Below, piece by piece: positions 63,356 through 64,000 of a stretch of 64,000 nt of DNA (positions are counted from its first letter, which is position 1; each line of letters opens with the position of its first letter). Made by a program: the position numbers and the translations under genes. Source of the stretch: Haliotis cracherodii (Eukaryota); NCBI RefSeq assembly GCF_022045235.1, contig NW_027266308.1:61132001-61196000 (forward strand), in the 5' to 3' direction. A model generated the notes under the pieces. That model was not told where the DNA came from. It was given only the letters and a program-made list of their open reading frames with translations, and did not search any database.

Positions 63356-64000
63356 CAAGTGGTAAATATTAGTGTGCAGCAGTCCACACTCTATTATTCA
63401 CTAAGTCCGTATCACCATTTAAGTAATATTCTGCAGTAATACTCCGCAGCCGTAGTGATCACCTGATCCTCACTTGAGTCATATTTTATTACTTTGTAGG
63501 GTATAAGATATATGAGGGACTGGTCATTTGTTATAGTAGGGTCAGAGTCGCGGGTAGCCATGATGGGATTGGTTTGTGTCATATTTGCCGCCACCCCCTG
63601 GAAGGCAAGCTTCCATTTGCCCCTTGCTATTCCATTCTTTTACCTATCAGTGCTAATTTCCCACGGCCTCCCGTTTGCCCATTGTCCATTACCAATTACC
63701 GACCAATCAGTAATAATTTAAGTCCTGGCTTCCAGTTGTCCATAACTATCAGCGCTAATTACAGTAAAATGTTGGCTTCCATTCACCTGATGAAGGAGTA
63801 AGTCAATACTCTGAGACATTGTGTTTCACATAATAGAGAAGATGGCATCCATAAATTCTCTTGCTTATATGTATCCCTTTTACAAGACTTCATCTATGAT
63901 GACATTTGAAATTTGAACATGAAAACGAATGGATAATAATAATTTTATGTGTTTTACATGTTCATTCCCAGTATGTGATTAGTACGCGAGCCGACCTATC

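Overview
Eukaryotic (metazoan) genomic DNA with one assembly gap (67-223). The SINE repertoire and gene sequences suggest a mollusc, probably a gastropod; this is inference. Three spliced protein-coding genes can be rebuilt exon by exon with GT-AG sites and consistent phases. (1) An M14 zinc carboxypeptidase with no pro-domain and a C-terminal membrane anchor (minus, 12040-18823, 6 coding exons, 453 aa). (2) A Speedy/RINGO CDK activator (minus, about 28125-34440, 6 coding exons, about 264 aa). (3) The ERAD E3 ligase SYVN1/HRD1 (plus, 41164-58006, 14 coding exons, 616 aa), whose promoter carries a perfect ERSE (CCAAT-N9-CCACG). The rest is dense with mobile DNA: four short retroposon families sharing a 3' tail, a nearly intact DD34D mariner inside a hAT-like element inside a MULE-like element, a decayed DIRS retrotransposon in the last SYVN1 intron, many MITEs and palindromes, and a ~25-bp minisatellite. 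The best candidate for something undescribed is retroposon 'family B'. Its 5' head has no tRNA promoter boxes and instead forms a compact structure with pair-preserving substitutions, which may be a self-cleaving or 5'-processing RNA; this is untested.
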